From: Ignavibacteriota bacterium
GTDB lineage: Bacteria > Bacteroidota > Ignavibacteria > UBA10030
Direction: 5' to 3'
Assembly: GCA_963701295.1 (NCBI GenBank)
Contig: OY969585.1
Coordinates: 1,056,001 to 1,120,000 of the forward strand
DNA: 64,000 nt
Below, one piece after another: positions 10,459 to 21,450 of this stretch. How positions within the stretch are numbered: the stretch's first letter is position 1; every line of letters begins with the position of its first letter. The notes under the pieces are model-generated. The model made no database searches, was not told the DNA's origin, and worked only from the letters and a program-made list of their open reading frames with translations. The position numbers were made by a program, and so were the translations under genes.

Positions 10459-11234
10459 GCAGCGTCATTGTTCTTTCAGAAGTAGAATCGGGCGAAAAAT
10501 TCCCGTCCATCTATTTTAAAATTGCTGACGAGAATCATTTCTGGTGCCAATGGCGATTTCGGATTTTTCTCCGGATGCTACAGGATTTGCACATTGATAC
10601 TGAGATGTCATGGAGGGTTCTTGATGTTGGTTGTGGCAATGGTGTCGTTCGCCGGCAGCTGGAAGCGCGAACAGCGTGGACAACGGACGGCACTGACTTT
10701 CCCATGGAGGCGCTTGAGAAGAATGTCGGAGTAAAAGGGAAAACATTCCGTTACAACGTTTTTGAAGAGCGGGAAGAATTCAGACATTCGTATGATGCCA
10801 TCATTCTCTTTGATGTGCTTGAGCATATTGAAGATCCTCCACGTTTTCTTCGTGCACTCGATTTTCATTTGAAGCCAGGAGGATGGCTTTTTGTCAACGT
10901 GCCCGCCTTGGAAGCGCTGCGCAGCCCGTATGATGCAGTTCAAGGACATCTGCGGAGATATACTCCTGAGATTCTCAAGGGTGAGTTTATCGGATTATCA
11001 TTTACGGTGGAATCGGTATCGTATTGGGGAATGATGCAATTGCCGTTGCTTCTTGCACGCAAGGCGGTACTTTCGATGATGAAGAAAAGAGGGGATGTGT
11101 ATAAAATCGGTTTCCAGCCACCGGCGAAATTTGTAAATACGATATTGGTGATGATTATGAAATTAGAGACGGCAATTCTTCGACAGCCGCCAATCGGAAC
11201 GTCGGTTCTTGGAGCATTTCGGAAAAAACCATGA
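10455..11234 (+). CDS. Class I SAM-dependent methyltransferase
   Basis: VLDVGCGNG, FDVLEHI, LKPGG, GHLRRY; ATGA overlap with the upstream stop. Confidence 0.88.
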   Translation: MSSVIVLSEVESGEKFPSIYFKIADENHFWCQWRFRIFLRMLQDLHIDTEMSWRVLDVGCGNGVVRRQLEARTAWTTDGTDFPMEALEKNVGVKGKTFRYNVFEEREEFRHSYDAIILFDVLEHIEDPPRFLRALDFHLKPGGWLFVNVPALEALRSPYDAVQGHLRRYTPEILKGEFIGLSFTVESVSYWGMMQLPLLLARKAVLSMMKKRGDVYKIGFQPPAKFVNTILVMIMKLETAILRQPPIGTSVLGAFRKKP

Positions 11235-12226
11235 AAACTGCCAGGCTAAAGAAAAAAAAATTATTCAAAACGACGGAACTATCTGTTGTAGTACCTGTCT
11301 ACAACGAGGAGGAGACGGTCGGTTTCCTGATCGAGCGATTGGTAGCGGTGCTTGCCTCGATCACGAAACGGTATCAAATCGTTTTCGTGAATGACGGAAG
11401 CGCAGATAGAACATACGTGATCATTTCGCATGCAGCCGCCAAGAATCCAAACATCCATATTATTGATCTCTCCCGCAACTTTGGACATCAGACGGCAGTA
11501 GCGGCTGGATTGGCATACGCTGTTGGTGATGCGATTATCGTGATGGACGGCGACTTGCAGGATCCGCCTGAATTGATTCCAGACTTTGTTCGGATGTGGC
11601 GAGAAGGCTATCAGGTTGTCTATGCAGTCAGGGCAGAACGCAAGGAAAATATGCTGAAGAGAAGCGCCTATAAGGCTTTCTACCGAACGCTTCATCGCTT
11701 TGCGGATATTGATATTCCGCTGGATTCGGGAGATTTTGGCTTGATGGACCGATGTGTCGTTGATACAATCAATGCGATGCCGGAGAGGAACCGATTCGTT
11801 CGAGGTCTTCGCAGTTGGGTGGGCTTCCGTCAGATCGGATTGCCGTACAGCCGTGATGCTCGCTATGCAGGTGATTCAAAATACTCACTGATGAAACTCA
11901 TGAAGCTTGCGATTGATGGCCTGCTTTCCTTTTCGACGTTGCCCTTGAAAATCGCCACGGCGATTGGATTTGTCATATCATTCTTTAGTTTTCTAGGAAT
12001 CATTTTCTATCTATATTTATTTCTCACAACACCAAGGGTACCGGGATTTACTACACTCATTATTGTTCTCCTGTTTATTGGCGGCGTTCAGTTGCTGACG
12101 ATAGGAATCTTGGGTGAGTATGTCGGGCGAATCTATGAAGAGAGCAAGCATAGGCCGATGTTTATAGTTCGCAAAACAATAAACACTCAACATAAAGATG
12201 AGTTACCGAGTGAGAAAAAATCTTAG
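11231..12226 (+). CDS. GT2 glycosyltransferase, GtrB/YkcC-like bactoprenol glycosyltransferase
   Basis: VPVYNEE, VNDGS, SRNFGHQ, MDGDLQDPP, GDFGLMDR, GEYVGRIY. Confidence 0.9.
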   Translation: MKTARLKKKKLFKTTELSVVVPVYNEEETVGFLIERLVAVLASITKRYQIVFVNDGSADRTYVIISHAAAKNPNIHIIDLSRNFGHQTAVAAGLAYAVGDAIIVMDGDLQDPPELIPDFVRMWREGYQVVYAVRAERKENMLKRSAYKAFYRTLHRFADIDIPLDSGDFGLMDRCVVDTINAMPERNRFVRGLRSWVGFRQIGLPYSRDARYAGDSKYSLMKLMKLAIDGLLSFSTLPLKIATAIGFVISFFSFLGIIFYLYLFLTTPRVPGFTTLIIVLLFIGGVQLLTIGILGEYVGRIYEESKHRPMFIVRKTINTQHKDELPSEKKS

Positions 12227-12366
12227 CAGCAAGGCTACCCGGTGTGTGGAGCACCTTGGAATAGAATTGCATGCCGAACAAATCCAGATTCAATTATTGC
12301 AAAGTGGAAGTTGCTCCAGATGACTCACGTTCTCTATTTCCCAAAAGTGCCGCAAGATTGTAGCCT

Positions 12367-13512
12367 ATGAAGATCGTGCTCATTGGCCCGGCGTATCCGA
12401 TCCGCGGAGGGAATGCACTATTCATCGCATATCTCTATGAAGCACTGGCGGCAACGAATGATGTTCAGGTGATTTCCTTCTCGCGTTTGTATCCGGAATT
12501 TCTCTTCCCTGGTGTACGACAAACAGATGTAAGCGGTGTTGCCATTAAAAAACATCCTGCCACACACACCATCGATTGTCTAAATCCACTTACGTGGTGG
12601 AAAGCTGCACGTGTTGCTGCATCATTGAATCCCGATATGCTTGTCTTTACTTGGTGGAATCCTTTCTTCGGTTTCATCGTGAGAACCATCGCTTCAGAAT
12701 TTAAACGACGAACAAAAAAACCGGTCGTCATCATAGCAGAGAATGTCATATCACATGAAGGACGATGGATTGATCTGTTCCTCACAAAGATCGCGTTGCG
12801 GACTGCGAATCGCTTCCTTGTCCTCTCCGGTGTTGTTGAAGAGAATATCAGACAATTATTCCCTACTACTAAAGTTTTCCAATCCTCGTTACCGATTTAT
12901 GATTGTTACCAGACCACAGAACAACTCACCCAACAACAGGCACAGCAACGGTTAGGATTAGATGGAAAGAACGTTCTGCTGTTTTTTGGTTATGTTCGAA
13001 AGTATAAGGGATTAATGAATCTTATAGAAGCACTGCCGTTGATTCTGGAGAAAGTTGGGAATGCACATTTGCTCATTGTTGGGGAGTTTTATGATGATCC
13101 GCAACCATATTTGAATGCCATACGACGGCTTGGTCTCGACAAGAATATCACAATCATAAATGAATATGTTGCAAATGAGACAGTGCATCTCTATTTTACA
13201 GCAGCGAATCTTGCCGTTCTTCCGTATAACGAAGCGACACAGAGCGGTATTTTGAGTATTGCATACGGCTTTGCCAAACCGGTTGTTGTCACAAACGTCG
13301 GTGGGTTGGCAGAATTAGTGAATGATGGAGGAACGGGGTATATTGTGCCTCCGCATGACATCACCAAACTTGCCGATGTTATTATCCGATATCTCAAGGA
13401 TAATCACGAACAGTTTTTTTCGCATAATATCGAAGCGAAGAAGCAAGAAAACAGCTTTCACAACATCCGGAATATATTTGATACAATTCAAACAGATCTT
13501 CAGAAAACATGA
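12367..13512 (+). CDS. GT4 glycosyltransferase
   Basis: LFFGYVRKYKG, VLPY..ATQSG, PVVVTNVGGL. Confidence 0.9.
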   Translation: MKIVLIGPAYPIRGGNALFIAYLYEALAATNDVQVISFSRLYPEFLFPGVRQTDVSGVAIKKHPATHTIDCLNPLTWWKAARVAASLNPDMLVFTWWNPFFGFIVRTIASEFKRRTKKPVVIIAENVISHEGRWIDLFLTKIALRTANRFLVLSGVVEENIRQLFPTTKVFQSSLPIYDCYQTTEQLTQQQAQQRLGLDGKNVLLFFGYVRKYKGLMNLIEALPLILEKVGNAHLLIVGEFYDDPQPYLNAIRRLGLDKNITIINEYVANETVHLYFTAANLAVLPYNEATQSGILSIAYGFAKPVVVTNVGGLAELVNDGGTGYIVPPHDITKLADVIIRYLKDNHEQFFSHNIEAKKQENSFHNIRNIFDTIQTDLQKT

Positions 13513-14624
13513 TCCTTAAACTCGACTGCAAACACTTTCCCGGCGACCGGCCGTGTGTCTTCAATAAACGCGAAGGCATGAAGTGCGACAACTGCCCATA
13601 CTATGAAACCGTAGACACGCGTATCCTGATCGTGAAACTTGATGCTATTGGTGATGTGCTAAGATCGACATGCATTCTTCACGGACTCAAAGAGGAATAT
13701 CCAAAAAGTGAGATTATTTGGATCACTCGTAAGAATGCGGTACCTCTCTTCGAGAATAATAAACTTGTTGACCGCGTGCTTGTCTTCGAATCAACCGAAG
13801 CATTTGTGCACACGGCAATCGAAGAGTATGACGTTATCATCAATCTCAATTCTTCTCCTGAGAGCGCGGCACTTGCTTCGATGGCAAAGGGTCAAAAGAA
13901 AATTGGCTATGGTCTTGATATACATGGAGATGTGTTTCCATTCAATCCGGAAGCTGTCACATGGTTTGAAATGGGTGCCTTTGACGATGTAAAAAAGAAG
14001 AACATACATTCGTTTCAAGATTTAATGTTGGAAATGTGTCAGCTTAAGACCAAGAAGAAAGATATTATTCTTGAATTGTCTGAAGAGGAGTTGGCATTCG
14101 CACATTCGTTCGCACAACGGCACCAAATCTCAACACAAGCTTCAATCATTGGCATGAATACAGGTGCCAGCGAAAGATGGCAGTTGAAGCAATGGACATT
14201 AGAAGGGTACGAGGCACTCATCCAATTGCTGCTTGAAAGAACAACAGCAACAATTCTGCTTTATGGCGGACCGTCGGAAAAAGAACGGAATGCGCATCTC
14301 TCTACACTTCATTCAACTCGCGTTGTGGACACCGGAGCTGAAAATTCACTCCGTCAATTCTTCGCACTGCTGACGTTAAGCGACGTATTCGTCACTGGAG
14401 ATACACTCGCACTCCACGCCGCTACAGCCCTGCAGAAGAAAATTATCATAATCGTCGGGCCAACATCTATGGCGGAAATTGATTCATACAACCAGCAGAT
14501 CATTAAGGTTCAAGCAGATCTCGATTGTCTTGTCTGCTACAAACCGCGTTGCGATTTCAATCCCAATTGTATGAACTCCATAACACCGGAACAGATATTT
14601 TCACTGATCAATACTCATCTATGA
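13509..14624 (+). CDS. GT9 (ADP-heptose:LPS heptosyltransferase-like) with Cys-rich termini
   Basis: KLDAIGDV, KQW, VTGDTLALHAA, GPT; CKHF..DRPC..CDNC and CLVC....C....CM. Confidence 0.85.
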   Translation: MILKLDCKHFPGDRPCVFNKREGMKCDNCPYYETVDTRILIVKLDAIGDVLRSTCILHGLKEEYPKSEIIWITRKNAVPLFENNKLVDRVLVFESTEAFVHTAIEEYDVIINLNSSPESAALASMAKGQKKIGYGLDIHGDVFPFNPEAVTWFEMGAFDDVKKKNIHSFQDLMLEMCQLKTKKKDIILELSEEELAFAHSFAQRHQISTQASIIGMNTGASERWQLKQWTLEGYEALIQLLLERTTATILLYGGPSEKERNAHLSTLHSTRVVDTGAENSLRQFFALLTLSDVFVTGDTLALHAATALQKKIIIIVGPTSMAEIDSYNQQIIKVQADLDCLVCYKPRCDFNPNCMNSITPEQIFSLINTHL

Positions 14625-14687
14625 TGAGTAATCAAATTGTTTTCAATGCATGTTCAGTTGCTTGTTTTCTTCAAGAGTGATATTTGA

Positions 14688-15497
14688 ATGTATTACGATC
14701 CTATTAAATTTTTTTTTGGAAATATCATTCGCAAGAATCCTCGATTGAGGATTCTGTTCTATAAAATTCTCGGATTGATGTTTCTCCGCGAGTGGCATGT
14801 AAAGCGTGAACTCAGGCGCCAATTGAGTGCACGGAATGAGCCCTTCACTGTTTATGATGCCGGCAGCGGTTTCGGACAATATTCATACTATATAGCAAAA
14901 CAATTTTCACTCGCGTCTATCTATGGAATCGACTTGAAAGCGGAGCAGGTTGCCGACTGCAATCAATTCTTCCATGCTGTTGGTTCAACGCAATGTTCTT
15001 TTGCCGTAGAGGATTTGACAAAGATACGGCATTCCGAGGAATTTGATTTCATTCTTTCTGTTGATGTCATGGAACATATTCCGGATGATGTTGGAGTTTT
15101 TCAAAATTTTTATCGTGCACTTAAAAAAAATGGGCAACTTTTCATCAATACACCATCTAACTTAGGGGGGTCCGATGTACATTCGGAAAGCGACCACAGC
15201 TTTGTCGAAGAACATGCACGTAACGGCTATGGTATGGAGGAGATACGGAACAAATTGGCTGCCGCCGGTCTTCACGTCGAGATGATACGTTACACGTATG
15301 GACATTGGGGTACCGTTGCGTGGCGATTGGGTATCAAATTCCCATTGATGCTTTTGAATGCCTCAAAAGGATTTCTTATCTTGCTGCCACTCTACTACCT
15401 CATCGTATTACCGTTTGTTTTTCCGATGATGTGGTTGGATTATATTACAGACAATAAAACTGGTACAGGATTGAATGTCGTGGCAAAGAAAGTGTGA
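14688..15497 (+). CDS. Class I SAM-dependent methyltransferase
   Basis: YDAGSGFG, VDVMEHI, EHARNGY. Confidence 0.85.
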   Translation: MYYDPIKFFFGNIIRKNPRLRILFYKILGLMFLREWHVKRELRRQLSARNEPFTVYDAGSGFGQYSYYIAKQFSLASIYGIDLKAEQVADCNQFFHAVGSTQCSFAVEDLTKIRHSEEFDFILSVDVMEHIPDDVGVFQNFYRALKKNGQLFINTPSNLGGSDVHSESDHSFVEEHARNGYGMEEIRNKLAAAGLHVEMIRYTYGHWGTVAWRLGIKFPLMLLNASKGFLILLPLYYLIVLPFVFPMMWLDYITDNKTGTGLNVVAKKV

Positions 15498-15626
15498 TAT
15501 TGTGTGTGCCAATGAGTTTCTTGAAAGTAACCCCTTTTCTCTGTATTATATTTTTAGAAGAAAATCAAATCAAGCTCCTCATTGTCAAAAATTTCTCACA
15601 ATATTCATGAGGGATTAAAAATATTT

Positions 15627-18176
15627 ATGACAAAGAAAGTAAGAGAACAGATTCGTAATCCCAAAACCACGGTTGAACATCCCATCGTTCCCCCGAAGTA
15701 TCAGCATCCTGTTGCTATTGCTATTATTTATCTCAGTTTACTATTATTTTTCCATTCCATTATATTCGACGGCAAATCGTACCAAGGTGCAGATTCAATT
15801 GCCTCACATAGTTGGGATACATTATATAAGGATGCTAAAGCAGAGGGAATTGTTCCACTATGGAATCCATATATTTTTTGTGGAATGCCGGGATATGCAA
15901 GTGTCACATTCGCAGTAGAAAGAACGTTTGACCTAACAGCCTTTGTATGGGAAAAGATAGTCCGCACTGTGCTCACATACCTTTTCTTAGATAGAGGCCA
16001 TCAATCAGGCACATGGATACTGTTCTATTTTGTCTATGGAATTGGTGTCTACTTTTTTGCCTATCAGCGGCTTAAAAATAAACCGGTTGCATTGATCGTG
16101 TCGTTAATGGCAATGTATGCGACGCGTGTTGCAATTTTGATTATGATTGGTCACGTCACCAAAATTGCCGTGCTTGCATGGTTTCCCTATGTATTTCTTA
16201 TTGTGGATAAACTACGTGAGAAGTTTAATTTACTTTTAGCCCTTTTACTCATTATTATGCTGCGGCTGTTATTAGAACCAACCCATGTACAATTCATTTA
16301 TTACATTTATTTGTCTCTGGGATTTTATCTGATCTTTTTCTTTGTTCAAGCACTGCTAAAAAAAGAGAACTGGAAGGGAGTTCTTGTAAGTGGAACAACA
16401 TTATTGACCGCCACCATTTTTGCAGTTCTTATGGGAGGAGACCAATATTTGTCGATACTCGAATACAATCCATATTCGATCCGTGGAACAAATCCTATTA
16501 TACATACATCATCAACATCACAAACAAAAACTGTTGAGGGTGGATTGGACTACGATTATGCAACGAATTGGTCGTTCAGTCCCGGTGAGATGATGACTTT
16601 CTTTGTCCCTTCATGGTACGGATTTGGAAATCATCCTTACCAGGGTCCATTAACGCAAGACCGGGAAATTAGACTAAACACATACGTAGGCCCGCAACCA
16701 GATGTTGATTCTCCTCAATATATGGGTGTTGTCGTTATTATCCTTGCAATCATCGGATTCGTCAAGTATCGAAAAGAACCATTTGTTCAATATATGGGAA
16801 TTATAATTCTATTTTCATTGCTTGTCGCATTTGGAAAGGAGTTTTCGCTTATTTACGATCTGTTGTATCGGTACCTTCCTATGTTCAACAAGTTTCGAGT
16901 TCCGCTGACAATTCTCATACTCGTCCAATTCTTTACACCCATTCTTGCCGGGTATGGGATTGTATCATTTATTCCAGAACAAAGGAAGAACTTAACCTCT
17001 TTTCAGGAGAAACGATGGAAATATGCGCTTGGAGGCATTGGTCTCGGTATTCTTTTTGCCGTCATAGGCGAGGGAGTAATCAAAGGGATTTATAGGTCAT
17101 TTTTCCCAGTTCAAGAAGTTGGTAATATTCTAGCGCGATTCTATGGCCAACTTAATCCGGCGGCTCTCGAAATGCTGTATGATTTTATTGTCTCTTCTGT
17201 CATAACGGATGTTCTTGTTGGGTTTGTTCTCCTTATGGTTGTGTTTAGTGCTTTCTTTTTTTATAACAAAGGAAAACTAAAATCCGCAACGTTGTATGGC
17301 ATACTCGTTGTTGCCGTTCTCTTTGATCTCTGGCGTGTCGCATGGAAACCCTCAGACCCAAAAGATCAGAAGGAAAGCCTCCAATATATCCCAACGCCAG
17401 AGTTTGTAAAAGCATTGCAACAAGATACTACAATATTCCGTGTATTGAAAATTCAAGATGGTCAACCTATTTATGATAACTCGCTTGCATACTGGCGTAT
17501 CTCGAATGCCTATGGATATCAAGGAGCAAAGATGCGCATTTATCAAGACATGGTCGATGTAGCCGGGCTGGGAAATCCGCTCGTGTGGCAACTCATGAAT
17601 GTAAAATATCTAATTACCAATCGGGACGAATCAAACCCTGGATTAATGCAAGTATATAATAGTCCGGGAACAAACGTTTACGCCTTCCGATCATGGCTAC
17701 CCAGAGTATTCTTTGTTAACCGATGTGAGGTAAGCGATGGTTTGAGTACGCTTAATAAAATAGCCGCAGTGTCATTCGATCCGCGCGATATTGCCTATAT
17801 CTCAAAAACAATTACTGCAAATATCGATTCTCCATTACAAGGCACAGAAGCAGCTATTGTTCATTATGGAATTCAAGATCTTGAAATACGCGCAACGGCG
17901 ACAGGGAATAATCTTTTATTTCTCAGTGAAGCGTACTATCCTAAGGGATGGAAAGCGTTTATCGATGGGAAAGAGGTGGAAATTCTTCGGCTTGATTATC
18001 TCTTCCGTGGTGTTATTATTCCTTCGGGAACTCATACACTCACGATGAAGTTTGAGTCGGAATCATTTACAATCGGTAAGAATATCAGCTTAGGAACCAA
18101 TCTTTTGGTTCTCAGCGGTCTTTTAGTGTTCGCGATACAATTTTTTATTCGAAAAAAGAAAGAATTACAAGTCTAA
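15627..18176 (+). CDS. YfhO-family membrane glycosyltransferase
   Basis: PLWNPY.F.GMP, many TMs, WLPRVFF, SEAYYPKGW.A.IDG, G.H.L...F C-terminal signature. Confidence 0.85.
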   Translation: MTKKVREQIRNPKTTVEHPIVPPKYQHPVAIAIIYLSLLLFFHSIIFDGKSYQGADSIASHSWDTLYKDAKAEGIVPLWNPYIFCGMPGYASVTFAVERTFDLTAFVWEKIVRTVLTYLFLDRGHQSGTWILFYFVYGIGVYFFAYQRLKNKPVALIVSLMAMYATRVAILIMIGHVTKIAVLAWFPYVFLIVDKLREKFNLLLALLLIIMLRLLLEPTHVQFIYYIYLSLGFYLIFFFVQALLKKENWKGVLVSGTTLLTATIFAVLMGGDQYLSILEYNPYSIRGTNPIIHTSSTSQTKTVEGGLDYDYATNWSFSPGEMMTFFVPSWYGFGNHPYQGPLTQDREIRLNTYVGPQPDVDSPQYMGVVVIILAIIGFVKYRKEPFVQYMGIIILFSLLVAFGKEFSLIYDLLYRYLPMFNKFRVPLTILILVQFFTPILAGYGIVSFIPEQRKNLTSFQEKRWKYALGGIGLGILFAVIGEGVIKGIYRSFFPVQEVGNILARFYGQLNPAALEMLYDFIVSSVITDVLVGFVLLMVVFSAFFFYNKGKLKSATLYGILVVAVLFDLWRVAWKPSDPKDQKESLQYIPTPEFVKALQQDTTIFRVLKIQDGQPIYDNSLAYWRISNAYGYQGAKMRIYQDMVDVAGLGNPLVWQLMNVKYLITNRDESNPGLMQVYNSPGTNVYAFRSWLPRVFFVNRCEVSDGLSTLNKIAAVSFDPRDIAYISKTITANIDSPLQGTEAAIVHYGIQDLEIRATATGNNLLFLSEAYYPKGWKAFIDGKEVEILRLDYLFRGVIIPSGTHTLTMKFESESFTIGKNISLGTNLLVLSGLLVFAIQFFIRKKKELQV

Positions 18177-18219
18177 AATGATGTTGAATCTGTACGAAAG
18201 CAAAGAGAAAGGGTTCTAA

Positions 18220-19002
18220 ATGAAGGCGGTGATTTTATGCGGTGGCAAAGGAACACGGATTAAAGGCATATCCGAATTACTTCCTAAACCAATGGTGCCC
18301 ATCGGCGGCAAGCCTATTTTATGGCACATCATGAAGAACTATTCTCATCACGGGATCAAGGAATTTATTCTGTGTTTGGGTTATAAATCATGGGAGATTA
18401 AAGAATTCTTTGTGAACTATAAGGCCATTTGCCATAATTTCACAATAAATCTTAAGAACGGTCATATGGACATTCACGATAGTTCGGAAGATTCGGACTG
18501 GAAGGTGACGCTTGTTGATACCGGAGAAACCACAATGACAGGCGGACGTCTGTCGCGAGTGAAAAAATATTTAGAGGGTGAAGAGTTATTTTGTCTAACG
18601 TATGGTGACGGTCTTTCTGATATAAACATCCGAGACAGTATAGAATTCCACAGGAAATCCGGAAAAATCGGTACATTAGCTGCTGTACATCCATCTTCGC
18701 GATTTGGTGAAATTACATTTAAAGATTCCACCGTTACTAATTTCAATGAAAAAGCGAATATTGTAGAAGGATGGATTAATGGCGGATTTATGGTGTTCGA
18801 CAATAAAAGACTATGGGATTATTTGTGGACAGATGATGATCTAGTGTTAGAACGAGACACGCTCCCTGCCCTGGTGAAAGACAATCAGCTAGGGGCATTC
18901 CAACATGAGGGTTTTTGGCTTGGTATGGATACTCCGCGAGAATATGAATCCTTAAATGAAATGTGGGCAAGTGGTACTGCTCTTTGGAAAACCTGGGCTT
19001 AA
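18220..19002 (+). CDS. rfbF: Glucose-1-phosphate cytidylyltransferase
   Basis: ILCGGKGTR, PKPMV.IGG, TMTGGR, LTYGDG, WINGGF, GFW..MDT. Confidence 0.93.
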   Translation: MKAVILCGGKGTRIKGISELLPKPMVPIGGKPILWHIMKNYSHHGIKEFILCLGYKSWEIKEFFVNYKAICHNFTINLKNGHMDIHDSSEDSDWKVTLVDTGETTMTGGRLSRVKKYLEGEELFCLTYGDGLSDINIRDSIEFHRKSGKIGTLAAVHPSSRFGEITFKDSTVTNFNEKANIVEGWINGGFMVFDNKRLWDYLWTDDDLVLERDTLPALVKDNQLGAFQHEGFWLGMDTPREYESLNEMWASGTALWKTWA

Positions 19003-19009
19003 TAACTTT

Positions 19010-20125
19010 ATGGAACATTCATTTAAAAATTTTTATCAGAATAAACGTGTTTTAGTAACAGGGCATACGGGTTTTAAGGGAGCTTGGCTCAGCATCTGGC
19101 TTAACGAACTTGGTGCAAAAGTATTTGGATATTCATTGGATCCTCCATCGAGACCGAATATCTATGAATCGTGCGGTCTACAAAGCCGCATTGAAGAAGT
19201 ACATGCAGATGTTCAGAATTATGATACGTTAAAAAAATATTTTTTAGAAGTGAAACCTGATATCGTATTTCACTTAGCTGCTCAAGCATTGGTACGATAT
19301 TCCTATGATGTACCTCAGCTGACCATGAGAACCAATGTCCTCGGGACTTTAAACATTCTCGAAGCTGTCAAAGAATCTGATTCGGTCAAATCGCTCGTCA
19401 TTGTCACGAGCGATAAATGCTACGAAAATCATGAACAGGTCTGGGGATATAAAGAGAGTGATCCTCTCGGCGGAGAAGACCCATACAGCGCCTCAAAGGC
19501 TGCTGCAGAAATTGTTTTTCGTTCGTATCTCAAATCTTTCTTTCGACATAAAGAAAACCTCGGTGCCGTGAGTGTGCGCGCAGGAAATGTCATTGGAGGA
19601 GGGGATTGGGCAAAAGATAGAATTGTTCCGGATGCCATTAGATCCCTAACCCAAGGTGAGTTAATTCAAATACGAAATCCTATGGCCATGCGTCCATGGC
19701 AGCATGTGTTAGAACCACTTGGCGGTTATTTATGGCTGGCTGCACGTGCAAGCGATGATCCAACCGGATTTTCTGGAGCATGGAACTTTGGCCCAAGCGA
19801 TAATTCTGCCAAGTGTGTACGTGATCTTGTGGAGGCGATCATTAGCAAATGGAAAAGCGGCGGATTTAAAGTTATGCAGCAAGAGGGACGAAAACTCCAT
19901 GAAGCTGGCTGGTTACGATTGTCCTGTGACAAGGCCCATGTCATGCTGCCCTGGTCTGCGGTGCTCACGTTCGATGAAAACATGAAACTTACCGTAGACT
20001 GGTATAAAAAGTATCATGAGAACCCGGATCAAAACCTGTATCATTACACTGTCCACCAGATACGCCAGTATACAGAATTAGCACAAAAGAGAGATCAGGT
20101 TTGGGCGTCTGAACACCAGAAATGA
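19010..20125 (+). CDS. rfbG: CDP-glucose 4,6-dehydratase
   Basis: VTGHTGFKGAWL, HLAAQALV, TSDKCY, DPYSASK, RAGNVIGGGDW, RPWQHVLEPL. Confidence 0.95.
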   Translation: MEHSFKNFYQNKRVLVTGHTGFKGAWLSIWLNELGAKVFGYSLDPPSRPNIYESCGLQSRIEEVHADVQNYDTLKKYFLEVKPDIVFHLAAQALVRYSYDVPQLTMRTNVLGTLNILEAVKESDSVKSLVIVTSDKCYENHEQVWGYKESDPLGGEDPYSASKAAAEIVFRSYLKSFFRHKENLGAVSVRAGNVIGGGDWAKDRIVPDAIRSLTQGELIQIRNPMAMRPWQHVLEPLGGYLWLAARASDDPTGFSGAWNFGPSDNSAKCVRDLVEAIISKWKSGGFKVMQQEGRKLHEAGWLRLSCDKAHVMLPWSAVLTFDENMKLTVDWYKKYHENPDQNLYHYTVHQIRQYTELAQKRDQVWASEHQK

Positions 20126-20191
20126 AGCTCTGATATTCACATGTTTTGTATCTGATTGATGTCTTTTTGAACAAAAACCTGTTATGTAAAA

Positions 20192-21445
20192 ATGAATATG
20201 AATCATACAGAGACCTTCTGCCGTTCATGTAGTTTTACCCGGCTTGCACCAATTTTAACGTTAGGTCACATGCCATTAGCGAACGCCTTGCTGACACAAG
20301 CTCAACTCAATCAGCCGGAATCGACCTATCCGCTCGATCTTGTATTTTGTCCGCACTGCAGCTTAGTACAGATCACCGAGACAATTTCTCCGGAACAGTT
20401 ATTTCGAGAATACTTATATTTTTCTTCTGTCTCTGATACAGTGTTGGAAAATGCTAAGAACATCGCACGCCGTTTAATCATACGCAGAAATTTAACATCG
20501 TCAAGTTTGATCGCTGAGATTGCTAGCAATGACGGCTATCTTTTAAAGAACTATCTGGACAAGAATATTCCCGTCTTAGGAATAGAACCAGCAGCAAATA
20601 TCGCACGCGTAGCAGAAAAAAGTGGCATTCGTACTCTCTGTGAATTTTTCGATGAATCATTAGCTCAGCGATTACGGACACAGGGTGAACAAGCAGACGT
20701 AGTCCATGCGAATAATGTTGTCGCACATGTTGCCAACCTTCATGGTGTTGTGGCAGGAATCAATGTGCTTTTGAAACCCGATGGTGTCGCAGTTATTGAA
20801 AATCATTATGTAAAGGATCTTATCGATCATGTGGAGTTCGATGCCATTTACCACGAACATTTGTGCTATTATTCAGTGACCTCGTTTCAAAGGTTGTTCC
20901 GCCGGCACAATCTCGTTCTGGTAGACGCCGAGAGGCTGCCGATCCAGGGAGGTTCCATACGAGTCTTCTTTCAACGTGCGGATGGTCCATGTAGCATGGC
21001 ACACGAGGGTGCCACTCGAGTAAAAGGATTGCTTGAAGAAGAAGCTGCGTGGGGTGTTGATCAATTTGATTGGTATAAAGATTTTGGCGAAAAAGTGGAA
21101 CAGACAAAACGGGAATTAGTTTCAGTTTTACGAAAGTTAAAAACGGAAGGCAAGAAAATTGCCGTCTATGGGGCGTCTGCAAAGAGCACCACTCTGCTGA
21201 ACTACTATGGGATCGGATCAGATATTCTCAGTTATGTGGTCGACAGGGGACCCGCGAAGCAGGGGCGATATACGCCAGGGACACATCTTCGCATCTATCC
21301 GCCGGAACAGTTGCTGGAAACCCAGCCGGATTATGTACTCCTGCTCTCGTGGAATTTTGCAGACGAGATACTACTTCAGCAAACTGAATATCGCCGGCGC
21401 GGCGGGAAGTTTATCATCCCAATTCCTCATCTAAGAATTGTGTGA
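20192..21445 (+). CDS. NDP-hexose C-3 methyltransferase
   Basis: Zn motifs [35 protein letters not shown]. Confidence 0.88.
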   Translation: MNMNHTETFCRSCSFTRLAPILTLGHMPLANALLTQAQLNQPESTYPLDLVFCPHCSLVQITETISPEQLFREYLYFSSVSDTVLENAKNIARRLIIRRNLTSSSLIAEIASNDGYLLKNYLDKNIPVLGIEPAANIARVAEKSGIRTLCEFFDESLAQRLRTQGEQADVVHANNVVAHVANLHGVVAGINVLLKPDGVAVIENHYVKDLIDHVEFDAIYHEHLCYYSVTSFQRLFRRHNLVLVDAERLPIQGGSIRVFFQRADGPCSMAHEGATRVKGLLEEEAAWGVDQFDWYKDFGEKVEQTKRELVSVLRKLKTEGKKIAVYGASAKSTTLLNYYGIGSDILSYVVDRGPAKQGRYTPGTHLRIYPPEQLLETQPDYVLLLSWNFADEILLQQTEYRRRGGKFIIPIPHLRIV

Positions 21446-21450
21446 TTAAT

